A DNA stretch of 64,000 nt, taken from positions 48,174,001 to 48,238,000 of the forward strand of contig NC_043003.1 in assembly GCF_006345805.1 (NCBI RefSeq), read 5' to 3'. Shown piece after piece: positions 60,546 to 64,000 of the stretch. This stretch comes from Octopus sinensis (taxonomy: Eukaryota). The notes under the pieces are model-generated. The model had not been told where the DNA came from and ran no database searches. It saw only the letters and a program-made list of their open reading frames with translations. The position numbers and the translations under genes were made by a program. The stretch's first letter is position 1, and every line of letters begins with the position of its first letter.

Positions 60546-61051
60546 TATATATATATATGTATATATATAAAGTTTGAAAATGGAGAGATTCAATGAGTAT
60601 AAATTAATTTATTAATCATTTGATATTGTGTACAATTTTTAAAATATGAAGACTAATTAAAGGATTGTAAAAATAAATACTAAAGCTGATTGTAGCCTTA
60701 CGAAACCTGGTAGTAAATATGGTAATAATAAATATGAAAATAAAAGAAAATCTAGCAAAACCAAAATTAATAACATATGATAATACTTATAATTGTAAAT
60801 ATAATATTAATAAAAAAATGATATACTCTGATAAATCTAATGTAGATTATAGTTCTCAAAATAAAACTAATAATTTGTGGTTTATTATCCCCTTTACAAG
60901 TCAAATCAAAAGCAACATAATTAAATCCATTTATCGATTAGTTCATAAAAATTTAAACATGGGTAATAGGTATAGCGAAATTATTAATTCTTCAAGGTGG
61001 TGCTGCAGCATGACCATAGTCTAATAACTGAAACAAGTAAGCAAATAAAGT

Positions 61052-61262
61052 AATAATCTTTTTTATTCTAGGCACAAGGCCCGAAATTTTTTGGGGTGGG
61101 GAAGGGGCAAGTGGATTAGATCAACTCCAATATGCAACTGGTACTTAATTTATTGCCCCTGAAAGGATGAAAGGTAAAATCGACCACGGTGGAATTTGAA
61201 TTCAGAATGTAAAGACAGACGAAATACTGCTAAGCATTTCGTTTCTGCCAGCTCGCCTCCTT
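61052..61262 (-). mobile_element. SINE family B
   Basis: TCTAGGCACAAGGCCCG...GGAATTTGAATTCAGAATG...TTTCTGCCAGCTCGCCTCCT. Confidence 0.8.
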
Positions 61263-61349
61263 AGAATAAAGTGATAATAAAAGAACAATAGGGTGTGGTT
61301 CGAAAGAAAGATCTTGTTTCATTTAAGCAGGTCGGGCAGCCACCTAGAG

Positions 61350-61627
61350 CAGTGGTTCTCAACCAGGGTCCATGTGACCCCATGGGATCCACATAACAAA
61401 ATAGTAAATTGGGGGTTCACAATAGTATTTTAAGGGCCCCTGGAAAAGTTTTGCTTTAGATGTATGTATTGCGAGAAACAGCTAGGTTTCTTTCTCTGTT
61501 TTACATAGTTCAACCGACACAAGTTAATGTGTGAAAAACAGAATCAGAATAAACATTGAATGGCTATGGGGATCCACCAGAATAAAATCAAAGGGGTCCA
61601 TAGATAAAAAATAGTTGATAACCCCTG
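61350..61627 (+). mobile_element. hAT (Charlie-like) MITE
   Basis: TIR CAGTGGTTCTCAAC / GTTGATAACCCCTG; flanks ACCTAGAG / ACTTTGAG (6 of 8 match). Confidence 0.75.
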
Positions 61628-62729
61628 ACTTTGAGGTTCTTGTGGGAATGGAGATTAATAACTAATGCAGTTTATTTGATTTTTTTTTTTTGAGGGGTCA
61701 CATATTTATTGAATGTCCTGGAAAAAAAGTAGAAAAATCTCTTCAGGCAATATTTAATTTCATTATCTCAATCGAGCTGTGTTCTTTATCCTCTCCATAC
61801 TATAGTGATATACAATTAAGGCATGAGGCCGGGAATTTCGACAGCAGACGTTTAGTTAATACCATTGCCCTATCTCTAGTACTTGGCTGCTACTTTATTT
61901 TATCAATCCTGAAAGGATGATAGGCTGGGTTGTTCGGTGGGATTTAAACTCAGATTGTGAACAGCCGGAATATATACCACAAAGCATTTTGTTTGACGCT
62001 GTACAGATTCTTCGACTCTTCCAATCTTTCTCCATTCACTATATGAGTGGTCTTTTTTTCCTATTTTGGTTTTTTAGAAAATTAGTTGAGATTGAGAAAT
62101 TTGATTTTGTACACTAAGTATAAAATGCCATATTGGCTTTGTAAGTTCCTGCCATTAAAGTAAGAATTGTAGCGCAGAATATTTTAATAATTACTTTTTT
62201 TTTCCCTGGTTAATTAATCAATTGCTGTAAGTCGTCTGTGTCATTGTTGTTATTGTCCAAGCCATGAGCTATTATCAAAATCATTTAACTGTAACTGACA
62301 TATTTTTAAGTGCAGTGTATCCAAAACGACATTAAATGATATCTTTTTTTAGGCTGTAATTTGAATGAAAATTGACTGTAATTTCTCGCTGGTTGATTCA
62401 CTTCGTAAGGGTGTAGTGAAAGAAGACTTATAGATTATGCAACAAATGTGTCAAGAAATGACAGACGTGTGTCGTGAAATTAATTGTTCAAGACTAAAAT
62501 ATTTTTCTCTCGGATTTTAAACGTTAAGTATTCTGACTATGTAATTTGCCGTGTTTAATACGCTATACATACAAGTGTGTCGCCAACGATAAAAGATTAT
62601 ATCAGAAGAAACCACTTTGTCTGCGTGAAAACATTAAATAAATAGATAAATGTTAAATTAAGTTCGTCTGTCATTTGGTGAGGTAGAGCTACTGTCATTT
62701 CAGATAAAGCTCTCTTATATTTTATCATT

Positions 62730-63143
62730 GGATCTTTTCGGTTTGAACGGCAGTTTTTTCTAGCGGTGTCATATGAAATTGTCACCCATAATTATGACCC
62801 TAGTATCGATCTATTGCATTTCAATCTGTTTTAGGGTTATGGTTAGGGGTGGGGAAAAGGGTATCTTTTTTTCTTCACAAATGTAAGTAAACCCAATCTG
62901 TTTCGTAAACGAGGGACATATTCATACGGCACAGAATGTTTTCACCTCAATAGACGTCACTGATTGGTTGAAATTGCAGAACTTGAAGAAAAAAAACAAA
63001 TATCTTACAAACTATAGAATTTTCTCAAGAAAACCAAGAGAAAAAGATGTTTTATAAACACATTCTACCAGTATACGAAGTTTAAAAGTGTTTAGTTACA
63101 TGGAAATTATTTTAAAAAACTGCTGTTCAAACCGAATAGATCC
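62730..63143. mobile_element. GGATCTTTT-ended MITE (Merlin-like)
   Basis: Inverted copy of 28921-29339; TSD TTATCATT / TTATCATC. Confidence 0.9.
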
Positions 63144-63659
63144 TTATCATCTAGTATTTACGAATGTTATAATTTCTTTTTCTTCTTTGTTTTTGCATTC
63201 GTTCTCTTCGAATTTACTTTTCTTTTCCATTTCTTTCTTTTTTGTGTGTATGTGCATATAAGAAGTAATATACATTCAGCACTGCTCTGTTTTAAGCAAG
63301 GTCAGTGTTCTGCCAAGAATGAAATTCATTTTCTTCTTGTTTCTTTGCATTGTTGTAGTCCTAGCTTCAATGGTTCTTAACTGTTTTTGTAGAACCTACC
63401 ACCTTTAAGCAGTTATATCTAGTGCCCACCTAAGTGACAGTGAGATTTCACGACTAAACTAACTTAACATGAATAATTTGTAAATTTTAGTTTAACGATG
63501 GCCCCTTGTAAAAGTTTTTAACAATGAAATGATAAAAAATTAATGAAGACCAAAGTTGTGAATTTACTTTATACATTACAAGTTAATGACTTCCCTGTGC
63601 CTGATGAATTCTCATTTTATTTTAATAACCATTACTAGTTTTATTATCATCTTATATAT

Positions 63660-63888
63660 ATTTCTTTACTGCCCACAAGGGGCTAAACATAAAGGGGACA
63701 AACAAGGACAGACAAAGGGATTAAGTTGATTACATTGACTCCAATGCGTAACTGGTACTTAATTTTCGACCAACGAAAGGATGAAAGGCAGTCGACCTCG
63801 GCGGAATTTGAACTCAGAACGTAACGGCAGACAAAATACGGCTACTCATTTCGCCCGGCATGCTAACATTTCTGCCAGCTCGCCGCCT
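63660..63888 (-). mobile_element. Monomeric SINE family B
   Basis: Full head (TTTCTGCCAGCTCGCCGCCT) and one body; ATCATCTTATATA on both flanks. Confidence 0.9.
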
Positions 63889-64000
63889 ATTATCATCATC
63901 TTATATAGTAAAACGCAATGTGTGGTGCTGTAAGTCATGCTAGGGAGAAAGAAGAGTAAGACAATCGGAGTGGGAATGGGTGTAAGTGACATGCTCAAGC

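Overview
AT-rich, microsatellite-dense animal DNA with no host protein-coding exon I can support. Almost all ORFs in the supplied track are microsatellite or antisense artefacts. The SINE families (heads AGGCGCAGGAGTGGCTGTGTGGTAAG and GGCGGCGAGCTGGCAGAA) look like those known from octopus, so a coleoid cephalopod source is inferred, not proven. The window is a mosaic of mobile elements: (1) a recent, TSD-bounded Gypsy-type LTR element (14508-17745) whose single gag-protease-integrase frame lacks RT/RNase H; (2) solo LTRs; (3) hAT, Tigger, Tc1/mariner and Helitron relics; (4) several MITE families with clear TSDs; (5) CR1 and RTE LINE fragments, one with a twin-priming-type inversion; (6) many SINEs, some as TSD-bounded multimers; (7) Penelope-like (PLE) fragments. 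The most interesting layer is RNA structure. Several PLE-type termini next to (TA)n tracts carry type I hammerhead ribozyme folds: two with intact cores (34645-34754 with an 85-nt stem II; 49544-49582 minimal) and one with a reciprocal C3:G8 to G3:C8 core swap (7958-8008), plus decayed and inverted versions. All alignments, folds and translations were done by eye; none were computed or searched.
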